A DNA stretch of 44,797 nt, taken from contig JAHHIK010000068.1 of assembly GCA_019358935.1 (NCBI GenBank), positions 1-44,797 on the forward strand, written 5' to 3'. Numbering within the stretch: position 1 is the stretch's first letter; each line of letters opens with the position of its first letter. Made by a program: the position numbers and the translations under genes. Source of the DNA: Tolypothrix carrinoi HA7290-LM1. Its GTDB lineage: Bacteria > Cyanobacteriota > Cyanobacteriia > Cyanobacteriales > Nostocaceae. The notes beneath the pieces are model-generated. The model worked only from the letters and a program-made list of their open reading frames with translations. It was not told the origin of the DNA and did not search any database. Shown in pieces: positions 1 through 9,570 of the stretch.

Positions 1-121
1 AAGTAAGGATTATGAACGTCTACCAGAAACTTCGGAAACTTTTATTTATATTGCGATGATACGTATTATGATTCGACGACTCGCATGATTTTTGACCTGC
101 TTCGACTTTTCAAACATCCTC
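1..121 (+). mobile_element. Right part of an IS5-family insertion sequence, ending ...TTTTCAAACATCCTC and followed by a probable TTA target duplication (122-124)
   Basis: Transposase C-terminus, then a terminus that reads GAGGATG on the reverse strand. TnpB-like coding resumes directly after TTA. The left copy of the target duplication is outside the window. Confidence 0.7.
2..88 (+). CDS. C-terminal end of an IS5-family (IS1031-like) transposase, 5' part outside the window
   Basis: Frame from nt 2 reads SKDYERLPETSETFIYIAMIRIMIRRLA*, matching the (RRL)SKDYERLPETSE...IRxMxRRL C-terminus typical of cyanobacterial IS5 transposases. Confidence 0.85.
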   Translation, partial: SKDYERLPETSETFIYIAMIRIMIRRLA

Positions 122-372
122 TTAAGCCATCTCAAACTTGTCCAAGTTGCGGAGTTCAGAAAAAGAAAGAATTAACAGAGCGAATTCATAATTGCTCATG
201 TGGGTTTACGTCTGACCGCGATGTTGCGGCAGCAATGGTTATGCTCAATTGGGCAATGGGGGAGGGAACCGCCCTCAACAAACGTGGATTGGATGGCTCT
301 ACTTCTATTCACTGTGGTGGCTGGGCGCAACTGTCCAAAGTGAAGCGTCAGAAACCTCGTCCATCTTCCTAG
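122..372 (+). pseudogene. tnpB: 3' fragment of IS200/IS605-family tnpB (zinc ribbon + RuvC-III), interrupted by the IS5 element
   Basis: KPSQTCPSCG...ERIHNCSCGFTSDRDVAAAMVML matches the TnpB SQxCxxCG...CxCG..DRDxxAA motif. The first ~12 codons of the 85..372 ORF lie inside the IS5 end. Confidence 0.85.
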
Positions 373-390
373 ATGGGCGGGGTAGTTCAT
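350..390 (+). mobile_element. IS200/IS605 right end: subterminal hairpin CGTCCATCT-TCCT-AGATGGGCG followed by GGGTAGTTCAT
   Basis: Hairpin directly visible across the tnpB stop. A TTCAT/TTCAC terminus is typical of these right ends and of the omegaRNA scaffold 3' boundary. Confidence 0.65.
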
Positions 391-566
391 TAATCAGTTG
401 AAAAGAGACACTTATTTTTGTAAGCTGTCTATTTTTTTGCGTTGCTGAACACAAGTCAATTGCCTTCCATTGTCAAGCAATCCTAAGAATTTGAAGATTG
501 CTTAAGATTGCTCTACGCACTTTTACGTTCTTGCAACCATACACACAAAGCAGCGGATGAACCATA

Positions 567-735
567 ATATCATGTCCGGTTAATTAACACTAATAAGGAA
601 TACCCCGTCTGTAGTCGAGGGGTTTACAGCTATAAAAATATCGTAACCAACGCTCATAGACGTTCCGGACTGAACGTCTCTACAATATATGTAATAAGCC
701 TGTCATGGTATAAGTGCTTAGGTAAAGGTGATGCG
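567..735. mobile_element. Degenerate MITE-like segment starting AATATCATGTCCGGTTAATTA, containing a GTAG-type REP-like palindrome at about 655-684
   Basis: Left end resembles the end of the element at 43563 (ATATCAAGTTCGGTTAATCA). Internal AGACGTTC..GAACGTCTCTACA palindrome. The right end is poorly conserved. Confidence 0.35.
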
Positions 736-929
736 ATCGAGAATTTATGAAGCTTTACAAGATTTTATTTTATATTTGCCCTTATTTTTGATACTTTCAG
801 AATATGGCGGGTTTCACTCATGTTAGACACGATTCGGACAGTGCGCCTCATGCATAGATCTGTGATGCTTCATGAATATTCCAAAATAAGCCTGTCCATT
901 TTTGGCTCTTGTTTAGCCCAAGGGTGAGG

Positions 930-1075
930 CATAGGGCATGGGGCATGGGGCATGGGGCAATGGGCATGGGGCAATGGGCAATGGGCATGGGGCAATGGGC
1001 ATGGGTAATGGTAAAAAACGCACTCTCAATTCCCATTACCCATTAGCCATTCCCCATTCCCCATTCCCCTTTCCT
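930..1075. repeat. STRR heptamer arrays (GGGCATG/GGGCAAT followed by CCCATTC-type), in inverted arrangement
   Basis: Directly visible tandem heptamers. STRRs are characteristic of heterocystous cyanobacteria. Confidence 0.9.
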
Positions 1076-1354
1076 TTCTCCAGGAATGTAGCTTTTCCAT
1101 CAAATGACCGATGCGTAACCCTTTACTATGTAGTAGTACATTTCCTTATGGTCTAGTTCGATTTACAGAAGTCAAAAGTGAGTTCCTCTGGCAAAATTAG
1201 ATACTATAACTATCTTTTGTCGGAAAAACTCGGTGAAACATCAAGTTGAATCTAACGCCGCTTAATTTAGCTGACAGAGATATTTACTTTAATTATGTTG
1301 TTGTTCTTGATTTGCAATATAAAAGGACTGTGTTATGTGTGGAGCAACTAGATT

Positions 1355-2053
1355 ATGAAGAAAAAAATCCTTGGCGTTGCACCACTGCTAACCGCCACTC
1401 CTGTAGTAGGTCAAGCTATAATTCAACCTGCACAAGCCACTCAGGTTTACGAAAATTCGTTCACCAAAGATTTTCAAGGCTATGAAAATAGTCCTAACAG
1501 CGGCGAGCATAGTTTGTCGGTGATTCTTATTTTAGTTGGAGTTGGCTTAATTTTTGGCTCCACCGTTAATTCAGTTTATAAAGCGCTGAATCCGGGCAAG
1601 CCATCTGCAACAACAGCAGATTCTGTGCCTATACCAAAAAAGGAGCATAAAATTGGGGCTTCAGTTGGTATTGCGTCCGTTACTAAACAGAGCCATACTG
1701 CTGCATACGTTGAACAAGCTCGTACCTTTTTTAAACAAGGAGACACTCAAGGAGCGATCGCTCAATTCAATAATGCAATTCGTACTCGTCCAAATGATGC
1801 TTACCTTTACACTGAACGCGCTAACTTGCGTCGCAAAAATCTAGAAGATAAAAATGGAGCACTTGAAGATTACACTCAAGCGATTAATCTTCATCCAGAC
1901 AACCCGCTGTTTTACCTTTGGCGCAGTCAGCTTTATTATGAGATCGGCGATAAGTTAAAAGCAATGACAGACTATAACACAGCTATTCGTCTAGCTCCTG
2001 AAGGTAGAATGTATCACTCTTTTCAAACAAACGGAAACTCATTAAGACGCTGA
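1355..2053 (+). CDS. Exported or membrane-anchored TPR protein
   Basis: N-terminal signal-like segment, a hydrophobic helix (LSVILILVGVGLIFG) and three TPR units (GAIAQFNNAIRTRPNDA, ALEDYTQAINLHPDNP, AMTDYNTAIRLAPE). Confidence 0.85.
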   Translation: MKKKILGVAPLLTATPVVGQAIIQPAQATQVYENSFTKDFQGYENSPNSGEHSLSVILILVGVGLIFGSTVNSVYKALNPGKPSATTADSVPIPKKEHKIGASVGIASVTKQSHTAAYVEQARTFFKQGDTQGAIAQFNNAIRTRPNDAYLYTERANLRRKNLEDKNGALEDYTQAINLHPDNPLFYLWRSQLYYEIGDKLKAMTDYNTAIRLAPEGRMYHSFQTNGNSLRR

Positions 2054-2078
2054 ATGTAATTAAAATAGGCACGAGCCA

Positions 2079-2190
2079 GTTCCTACAGCCTGATTTTAAC
2101 AATCAAGGCGAAATTACCCTAATATCCCGCGCTTGTGATAGTCGTGCGCGAACACTTGCGCTTTACTACTGCTACATTGCAACAGCCACG
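2079..2190 (+). pseudogene. Remnant of the C-terminus of a further TpsA exoprotein
   Basis: From 2095 the frame reads FNNQGEITLISRA, matching FNNKGEVTLIS(N/H) at the ends of both downstream TpsA genes. Preceded by a degenerate VP-T-A and a stop codon. Confidence 0.6.
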
Positions 2191-2419
2191 AAGCTTCAAG
2201 TAAAATCTTCGGGGGTTTGGAAAAAACAGCCGCAGTCAATGAAAAATTTGACAGTCTTATTATCCTCCCAAAGATAGATTATTCAACCTTTTTTCACCAA
2301 ACGTTTGTTTTCCTGAGAAAATACTGTAGGTATTATTTTTAATTAGTTCTGAGAAATAATTGCCCAAGGTTACGGTTACAGGTGAGATTACTGAAATATC
2401 GTAGGAGAACCTGACTGAT

Positions 2420-5400
2420 ATGGCTATGGGCAGAAAACAGGGATGCGCGATCTTGTCTTGGGTAGTAGTTTTCGGGCTAGCAGGAGCGTTGAACGCATCT
2501 GCAAACGTGCAAGCTCAACAAGTAGTACCAGATACGAGTTTACCAGTTAACTCTGCGGTTACAGTTAACGGTAATAACTTTACAATTAATGGTGGAACTC
2601 AAGCAGGGGGAAATCTATTCCACAGCTTCAGTGAATTCTCTGTTCCCACCAACGGATCGGCTTTTTTCAACAATGCCCAGACGATACAAAATATCATTAG
2701 TCGGGTAACTGGTTCGTCTGCATCTAGTATTGACGGGATTTTGGGGGCAAATAGTCCAGCTAATCTATTTTTACTCAATCCTAACGGAATTGTTTTTGGA
2801 CCGAATGCCAGCTTGAATGTCGGGGGATCGTTTGTAGCAACTACGGCAAATGCAATTCAATTTGGCAATCAAGGTTTTTTTAGTGCTTCCAACCCGAATA
2901 ATCCTGCTTTATTGACAGTAAATCCTTCCGCGTTGTTCTTCAATCAAATTGCTGCTGCATCAAATCCGAATATCTCAACCACCGCTACTAATCTAAGTGT
3001 TCGTGATGGTCAGGGTTTGTTTTTAGTAGGTGGCAACATCAACATCGATAGCGGAAGACTAAACGCTTTTGGTGGTCGAGTGGAGTTAGGAGGATTAGCA
3101 GAAGTAGGATCTGTAGGCTTAAATTTGAGTGGTAACAATTTGAGTTTGAGTTTTCCGGATGCAGTAACGCAAGGTAATGTGTCACTGACCAATGGCGCTA
3201 TAGTTGATGTGAGTGCTGGCAATGGTGGTAATATTGCCATTAATGCAGCCAAAGCGATCGTATCTGGTGGTGCTAACTTAATTGCCCATACCTCCGGACA
3301 AGGAAATGCAGGTAGTATCGCGATCGCAGCGTCGGATGACATTTCTATAAATGGCAACAACACAGCTTTGGGTAGCCAAGTGTTGAATGATGCCACAGGC
3401 AACGGTGGCACGATTACCCTAAATGCACCAACAGTAAGAATATCAGATAATGCGGCTTTGATTGCCGACTCACAGGGCAGAGGTAACGGTAGCAAAATTG
3501 CCATTAATGCTGCCATTGTGACGGTATCTGATGGTGCTAGCATGACAGCAAACACTTTTGGACAGGGAAATGCAGGTAGTATCGCAATTACCGCTAGCGA
3601 TGACATCTCTATAAATGGAGATGGAACAACTTTAGGTAGTAGCCAATCATCAAGGGATGCCATAGGTAACGGTGGCACGATTACCCTAAATGCACCAAAA
3701 GTAATGGTATCTGGTGGTGCTAACATAGTTGCCCATACCCTTGGACAGGGAAATGCAGGTAGTATCGCGATCGCAGCTAGTGATGATATTTCTATAAATG
3801 GCAACAATACAGCTTTAAGTAGCCAAGTGTTTCCTCTTGCAGTGGGCAACGGTGGCACGATTACTCTGAATGCACCAAAAGTAATGGTATCTGGTGGTGC
3901 TAACATAGTTGCCCATACCTTTGGACAGGGAAATGCAGGCAGTATCGCGATCGCAGCTACGGATGATATTTCTATAAATGGCAACAACACAGCTTTGGGT
4001 AGCCAAGTGTTTCCTGATGCAGTGGGCAACGGTGGCACGATTACTCTGAATGCACCAATAGTAAGAATATCAGATAGTGCCGCAATGATAGCCGACTCAC
4101 AGGGCAGAGGTAACGGTAGCAAAATTGCCATTAATGCAGCCAAATTGACGGTATCTAATGGTGCTAACTTAGCAGCAAACACTTTTGGACAGGGAAATGC
4201 AGGCAGTATCGCAATTACCGCTAGCGATGACATTTCTATAGATGGGAGAAATACGGCGTTGGGTAGCCAAGTGTTCGGCGATGCCACAGGCAACGGTGGC
4301 ACAATTAACCTAAATGCACCAAAAGTGACGGTATCTGATGCTGCTGCTTTGATTGCCAATACCTCCGGACAGGGAAATGCAGGTACTATAACAATCGATG
4401 CCGCCAATTCTTTGTTGATAGATGGGCAAGGCACGGGTGTGGGTACTCAAGTGTTGGGCGATGCCACAGGCAACGGTGGCACGATTAACCTGAATGCACC
4501 AAACGTAACGGTATCTGATGGTGCTGCTTTGATTGCCAATACCTCCGGACAGGGAAATGCAGGTACTATAACAATCGATGCCGCCAATTCTTTGTTGATA
4601 GATGGGCAAGGCACGGGTGTGGGTACTCAAGTGTTGGGCGATGCCACAGGCAACGGTGGCACAATTAACCTGAATGCACCAAAGGTAACGGTATCCGGTG
4701 GTGCTGACATAGTTGCCAATACCGAGGCGGAAGGAGATGCAGGTACTATAACAATTGATGCCGCCAATCTGTTGATAGATGGGCAAGGCACGGGTTTGGG
4801 TACTCAAGTGTTGGGCGATGCCACAGGCAACGGTGGCACAATTAACCTGAATGCACCAAACGTAACGGTATCCGGTGGTGCTGACATAGTTGCCAATACC
4901 GAAGCGCAGGGAAATGCAGGTACTATAAGAATTGATGCCAAACAAGTATTTTTGGATGGAGAAGCAAGCGACGAACAACCTCATGGTATAGGCAGCGCCG
5001 TGTTTGGGTCAGCGAGTGGAAATGGCGGACAGATTGTCATTAACACAGGGTCACTTAATCTAACTAATAACGCTCTACTAATTGTTAGCAGCATTGGACA
5101 AAGAACTGCGGGACAGATAAAGATTGACTCTCGCTCTATTGAACTCGATAACCAGTCAACTATCCGCGCAACAACTGCATTTGGTAATGGTGGAAACATT
5201 TCCTTAACAGCCAGAGACTTGTTAGTTTTGCGTCGAGGTAGTCAAATTTCTGCGACTGCCGGTAATGATCGAGCAGGAGGTGATGGGGGCAACATAACCA
5301 TCAACGCGCCATTCATTATCGCTGTACCTAATGAAAATAGCGACATCTTGGCTAATGCTTTCACTGGCAGAGGTGGCAGAGTAGATATTACTGCAACAGG

Positions 5401-5911
5401 TGTATATGGGATTGAGTCCCGTGCCCAACCAACCTCACAAAGTGACATTACTGCTAGTTCTACATTAGGTGTTGCTGGTGTCGTCGAAATTAACACCCCA
5501 GATGTAGACCCCAGCCGTGGATTAATCGCCCTACCCGCGCTTGTAGTAAATTCACCAGAACTGCTTGCCTCGGCATGTAATGCTTTTATCGGCAAAGAAG
5601 GTAGTAGCTTCACCCTCACCGGACGCGGTGGTTTACCCCCCAGTCCTGATGATTTCCTTAGCGGTGATGTGGTGTGGTCAGATACTCGTAATCTCGCTAC
5701 TGCTAGCACTGTATCGAATTTGACGTTATATCGACGCGGTTTGAGAGCCTCAACTTCTGCTGCAAAAGTTCCGCCCAAAACAACAGAGCGCATTGCGATC
5801 GTACCTGCTACTGGTTGGGTATTTAACAATAAAGGCGAAGTAACGCTGATTTCTAATGTTAGTACTACTGAGCGTTTTGGGTCTGATGATGACACCTGCC
5901 TAAGACCCTGA
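2420..5911 (+). CDS. Filamentous haemagglutinin-family two-partner secretion exoprotein (TpsA-1) with beta-helix repeats
   Basis: Signal peptide, TPS domain (NLFHSFSEFS...NIISRVTG...NLFLLNPNGIVFG), ~60-aa GQGNAGSI...GNGGTITLNAP repeats, and the cyanobacterial C-terminal SFTLTGRGGLP...ATGWVFNNKGEVTL motif. Confidence 0.93.
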   Translation: MAMGRKQGCAILSWVVVFGLAGALNASANVQAQQVVPDTSLPVNSAVTVNGNNFTINGGTQAGGNLFHSFSEFSVPTNGSAFFNNAQTIQNIISRVTGSSASSIDGILGANSPANLFLLNPNGIVFGPNASLNVGGSFVATTANAIQFGNQGFFSASNPNNPALLTVNPSALFFNQIAAASNPNISTTATNLSVRDGQGLFLVGGNINIDSGRLNAFGGRVELGGLAEVGSVGLNLSGNNLSLSFPDAVTQGNVSLTNGAIVDVSAGNGGNIAINAAKAIVSGGANLIAHTSGQGNAGSIAIAASDDISINGNNTALGSQVLNDATGNGGTITLNAPTVRISDNAALIADSQGRGNGSKIAINAAIVTVSDGASMTANTFGQGNAGSIAITASDDISINGDGTTLGSSQSSRDAIGNGGTITLNAPKVMVSGGANIVAHTLGQGNAGSIAIAASDDISINGNNTALSSQVFPLAVGNGGTITLNAPKVMVSGGANIVAHTFGQGNAGSIAIAATDDISINGNNTALGSQVFPDAVGNGGTITLNAPIVRISDSAAMIADSQGRGNGSKIAINAAKLTVSNGANLAANTFGQGNAGSIAITASDDISIDGRNTALGSQVFGDATGNGGTINLNAPKVTVSDAAALIANTSGQGNAGTITIDAANSLLIDGQGTGVGTQVLGDATGNGGTINLNAPNVTVSDGAALIANTSGQGNAGTITIDAANSLLIDGQGTGVGTQVLGDATGNGGTINLNAPKVTVSGGADIVANTEAEGDAGTITIDAANLLIDGQGTGLGTQVLGDATGNGGTINLNAPNVTVSGGADIVANTEAQGNAGTIRIDAKQVFLDGEASDEQPHGIGSAVFGSASGNGGQIVINTGSLNLTNNALLIVSSIGQRTAGQIKIDSRSIELDNQSTIRATTAFGNGGNISLTARDLLVLRRGSQISATAGNDRAGGDGGNITINAPFIIAVPNENSDILANAFTGRGGRVDITATGVYGIESRAQPTSQSDITASSTLGVAGVVEINTPDVDPSRGLIALPALVVNSPELLASACNAFIGKEGSSFTLTGRGGLPPSPDDFLSGDVVWSDTRNLATASTVSNLTLYRRGLRASTSAAKVPPKTTERIAIVPATGWVFNNKGEVTLISNVSTTERFGSDDDTCLRP
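3280..4960 (+). repeat. Intragenic ~180-bp tandem repeats in tpsA-1 (about 9 units, some nearly identical)
   Basis: The 60-nt rows beginning at 4381 and 4561 are identical. Rows at 3721 and 3901 are nearly identical. Confidence 0.9.
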
Positions 5912-6091
5912 ACTTTAATATTTCATCATTTTTAACAAAAAATAAAAGTTTCTGGGAATATACTATGAGTATCAAGTGAATGGGCGAGATTAATTCGTAG
6001 TGAGCGGTTTACCGCTCAAATATAAAGGTTTTAAGCGGTATACCTTACTACATTTAGGAAGTGAAATTACAGATAGTAGGACTGAGGCTCT

Positions 6092-8521
6092 ATGGCTGGA
6101 AACTGGAGACACGGTTGCTGGCAGTTGGGGTTGGTGGTGGTTTTGGGAGTCCAAGGAGCGATCGCCTCCACCGTCAAAAATTGCGTCTTTGCTCAAGTAT
6201 TACCAGACACCACTTTACCCGTCAATTCTGCGGTTTTTTCTAGTGGCAACAACTTCACAATTACAGGTGGAACTCAAGCCGGAGGAAATCTATTCCACAG
6301 CTTCAGTCAATTCTCTGTCCCTACTAACGGTTCGGCTTTTTTTAACAATTCACAGACGATACAAAACATCATCAGTCGGGTAACTGGTTCGTCTGTATCT
6401 AATATTGACGGTATCCTCCGAGCAAATGGTACGGCTAATCTATTTTTGCTCAATCCTCAGGGGATTGTTTTTGGACCCAATGCCAGATTGAATCTCGGCG
6501 GTTCGTTTGTAGCAAGTACAGCAAGTAGCTTAAACTTTGCCGATGGCACGAAATTTAGTGCAACGACACCTGAAAATACACCCTTGTTAACAGTCAGTGT
6601 TCCCATTGGCTTGCAATTTGGCGAAAATCCCCAAAGAATTATCGTGCAGGGTAATGGTCAAGGATTGAGGAGGATGGAAGATCCTATAATTGATGATACG
6701 CAGAATGCTCTGCGAGTGCAACCCAATCAAACTTTAGCCTTGGTAGGTGGTGATGTAGCGCTCTTTGGTGGAACGCTAAAGACAGCTGGAGGACGAATTG
6801 AAATAGGCAGTATCGCTACACCGGGTTTAGTAAGTTTAATTCCTACCAGCAAAGGTTTTTCCTTGAACTATGATAACGTCAGCAGCTATGGAGACATCCA
6901 ACTATCTGGTGCGGCAGCAGTAGATGCTAGTGGGAATGGTGGTGGTGATATTCAATTGCGGGGTAGACGGGTGACGTTACAAAGTGGTTCCCAGATTGAA
7001 TCGAGTACATTAAATACTGCACCTGGGGGAACCTTGAGAGTAACTGCTTCAGAGTTAGTAGAAATAAGTGGCTCAACAGCAGATAATCCTCAAGATAATC
7101 GTCGGTTTCCTAGCTCATTGTCTACTGACAATCGAGAAGCCGGACAAATTCCGGGAGAATTGACAATCAATACTAGACAATTAATTGTCCGAAATGGTGC
7201 AAGAGTTTCCGCGAGTACTTTACGCACCGGTAATGGTGGAAATATCAATGTAAACGCTTCTGAATCTGTGCAACTGATTGGTACTGGTATCTCCCCAGGT
7301 GGACTGCGTTCTAGTGGATTGTCTGTTCAAACTCGCGGTGCGGGAAATGCCGGAAACTTAACCATTAATACCAGACAATTGATTATTAGGGATGGGGCAG
7401 AAGCATCAGCTTCTACTTTTGGTAGAGGTAATGGAGGTATTGTCAGCGTCAAAGCTTCTGATTCAGTTGAAGTAAGTGGCACTTCCGCAAATGGTCAGCT
7501 TCACAGTCGATTAGTTGCTGGAGTTGGCAATCCAGCAGATATACTTAGAGAAGGCTCTCCTCCCCCAGTTTCGGCTACGGGAAGAGGAGGAAATCTGGCG
7601 ATCGCAACTCGAAATTTGAATGTTGCAGATGGTGCGATCATTGCGGTAAGTAGTAGAAGCACTGCCCCAAATGCCCAAGGTGCAGGCAATTTAGAAGTAA
7701 ATGCCAAAAATATCCGCCTGAATAATCAAGGGACAATTTCTGCGGAAACATTCTCAGGTCAAGGTGGAGATATTACGCTAAAAGTTGAAGATTTTTTACT
7801 ATTACGGCGTAACAGTCAAATTTCTGCTACTGCGGGAACTGCCCAACAAGGCGGCAATGGCGGTAATATCACCATTGATGCAGCATTTGTAATTTCTGCT
7901 CCCCAAGAAAACAGCGATATTACAGCTAATGCTTTCAGCGGTCAGGGAGGCAGAGTTACTATCAATGCTACTGATATCTTTTTTCTAGAATCCCTGAGCC
8001 GAGATGAACTTTCGCGACAGTTGGGCGATCGCACTCAGTTAGACCCAAATCGCTTGCAAACAAATGATATCACTGCTATTTCCCAAGACAACCCCAACTT
8101 GAACGGTCAGGTAAATATTAATACCCCAGATATTGACCCCAGCCGAGGATTAATCGCCTTACCCGCAGTTGTAGTCAATTCACCAGGGCTGATTGCCTCT
8201 AACTGTAATGCCTTTATTGGCAAAAAAGGCAGCGAATTTACGATTACCGGACGCGGTGGTTTACCTCTTAGCCCTGACGATTTTCTCAGCAGTGATGTGG
8301 TGTGGTCTGATACTCGTTTGTCAGCAATTACCACAAAAAGGCAGGATTTGAATACTACCACTGCCAAGTTTGTTGCTCGTTCTCCAGTTGCGATCGTACC
8401 TGCTACTGGTTGGATATTTAACAACAAAGGCGAAGTAACGCTGATTTCTCATGCAGCTAATACTGTTCCTCAGGATTTCGGTGCGGCTACCTGTGCGGGT
8501 AATTTGTCAAGCTCAAATTGA
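6092..8521 (+). CDS. Second filamentous haemagglutinin-family TpsA exoprotein (TpsA-2)
   Basis: TPS domain (NLFHSFSQFS...NLFLLNPQGIVFG), GNGG/GNAG beta-helix repeats, and the same C-terminal TGRGGLP...ATGWIFNNKGEVTL motif. Confidence 0.93.
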   Translation: MAGNWRHGCWQLGLVVVLGVQGAIASTVKNCVFAQVLPDTTLPVNSAVFSSGNNFTITGGTQAGGNLFHSFSQFSVPTNGSAFFNNSQTIQNIISRVTGSSVSNIDGILRANGTANLFLLNPQGIVFGPNARLNLGGSFVASTASSLNFADGTKFSATTPENTPLLTVSVPIGLQFGENPQRIIVQGNGQGLRRMEDPIIDDTQNALRVQPNQTLALVGGDVALFGGTLKTAGGRIEIGSIATPGLVSLIPTSKGFSLNYDNVSSYGDIQLSGAAAVDASGNGGGDIQLRGRRVTLQSGSQIESSTLNTAPGGTLRVTASELVEISGSTADNPQDNRRFPSSLSTDNREAGQIPGELTINTRQLIVRNGARVSASTLRTGNGGNINVNASESVQLIGTGISPGGLRSSGLSVQTRGAGNAGNLTINTRQLIIRDGAEASASTFGRGNGGIVSVKASDSVEVSGTSANGQLHSRLVAGVGNPADILREGSPPPVSATGRGGNLAIATRNLNVADGAIIAVSSRSTAPNAQGAGNLEVNAKNIRLNNQGTISAETFSGQGGDITLKVEDFLLLRRNSQISATAGTAQQGGNGGNITIDAAFVISAPQENSDITANAFSGQGGRVTINATDIFFLESLSRDELSRQLGDRTQLDPNRLQTNDITAISQDNPNLNGQVNINTPDIDPSRGLIALPAVVVNSPGLIASNCNAFIGKKGSEFTITGRGGLPLSPDDFLSSDVVWSDTRLSAITTKRQDLNTTTAKFVARSPVAIVPATGWIFNNKGEVTLISHAANTVPQDFGAATCAGNLSSSN

Positions 8522-8582
8522 AACAAAGCATTCCAGAGATTATCTTTTTTAACGCAAAAAGACGCATCAGACAAATTTACAT

Positions 8583-8616
8583 TTGACATCTCCCCCCTTT
8601 TCAAAGCAGGGATTCT
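8583..8616 (-). mobile_element. Solo IS200/IS605 right-end-like remnant
   Basis: Reverse strand reads AGAATCCCTGCTTTGAAAAGGGGGGAGATGTCAA, the AGAATCCC..hairpin..GATGTCAA pattern of cyanobacterial tnpB right ends. Confidence 0.5.
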
Positions 8617-8676
8617 AAACTGATGTTGCTGAATGATAATATGCGATCGCGCGTAAGCAGCCCAAAATTTCTTTAG

Positions 8677-9570
8677 ATGACCATAGAACCGCAGCCAAAA
8701 CAAATATCCGTACTTGCAGCGTCTGTAGTCCACCCTAACTACCGCCCCCAAGCCGCCGACACCAGCATCGACGCAGATATTTACCTGTTTGTCCGATTGC
8801 GTCAACTATCGCTCAAGCAAAGGGTAGAAATATTCGTCACCCACGATCGCTCTGTTAAAAAACTTTGCCTTGCTGGTATCAAATGGCGGCAGAAAGATGC
8901 TCCAATAGAGAAAATTCGCCTGCATTTTGCCCATGCTGTCTTGGGGGAAAAATTCCCCTGTGGCTTCCAACCCACTAGTACTGATGAAACAATGTGGATT
9001 CAAGATTCCATCACTTTAGCTGGCGAACTCCACCAACTATTTGAATCGATAAATATCCCCTACTTCGTGAGTAGAGGTGTGGCGAGTTCCATTCACGGGG
9101 AAGCGCGTTCAACCCGCGATTTGGATTTGGTGGTGAGCGTACAAGGCGCGTCAGTTGATCTACTGGTGCAGACTTTAGAAGTTGCTGGCTTTTACTGTCC
9201 AGCCGGGGCAGTGGAGGATTTGAAGCTGGGGCAAGAAAGAATGCTGAACATTACCCATACCGAAACGATCGCCAATGCGGATTTATATCTAATGGACAAT
9301 TCCCCGTTTGCTGTATCGCAAATGTCCCGTCGGAGGTTGCTGGATATTGAAGGGATGCCCCCATTCTGGGTAGCGTCAAAAGAGGACACGATTTTACAAA
9401 AACTGCGCTGGGGGAAGGGAAATCAGTCAGAAAAACAATGGCGAGATGTCCTGGGGATACTCAAACTCCAAGCTGAGAGTTTGGATTATAACTATTTAGC
9501 GGAGTGGGCGGAACACTTGGAATTAGTTGATACTTTGAGTCAGGCGTTTACTGAGGCGGGGGTTTTGTAG
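8677..9570 (+). CDS. Fusion of a small helical partner domain and a Pol-beta-superfamily nucleotidyltransferase (TA/AbiE-like)
   Basis: C-terminal half has YFVSRGVASSIHGEARSTRDLDLV (GG..A..G..R.T.D.D type motif), EDTILQKL and KQWRDV. N-terminal half DTSIDADIYLFVRLRQLS...GIKWR resembles the short partner genes found upstream of such NTases. Confidence 0.7.
   Translation: MTIEPQPKQISVLAASVVHPNYRPQAADTSIDADIYLFVRLRQLSLKQRVEIFVTHDRSVKKLCLAGIKWRQKDAPIEKIRLHFAHAVLGEKFPCGFQPTSTDETMWIQDSITLAGELHQLFESINIPYFVSRGVASSIHGEARSTRDLDLVVSVQGASVDLLVQTLEVAGFYCPAGAVEDLKLGQERMLNITHTETIANADLYLMDNSPFAVSQMSRRRLLDIEGMPPFWVASKEDTILQKLRWGKGNQSEKQWRDVLGILKLQAESLDYNYLAEWAEHLELVDTLSQAFTEAGVL

Noticed and set aside
85..372. 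Intact 95-aa zinc-finger gene
   Set aside because: Chimera of IS5 terminal sequence and a tnpB 3' fragment.
848..1156. Short ORFs over STRR arrays (also 14636-14946, 18222-18606, 40140-40454, 42835-43321)
   Set aside because: Translations of heptamer repeats (MGNGEWG, CPMPDAR), not credible genes.
3010..4434. 474-aa antisense ORF and other antisense ORFs over the tpsA genes
   Set aside because: Shadow frames of repetitive Gly/Asn/Ala-rich coding sequence on the opposite strand.
5480..8460. DGR template/variable repeat pair formed by the similar tpsA tails
   Set aside because: Differences are not adenine-specific, both copies are coding, and there is no reverse transcriptase in the window.
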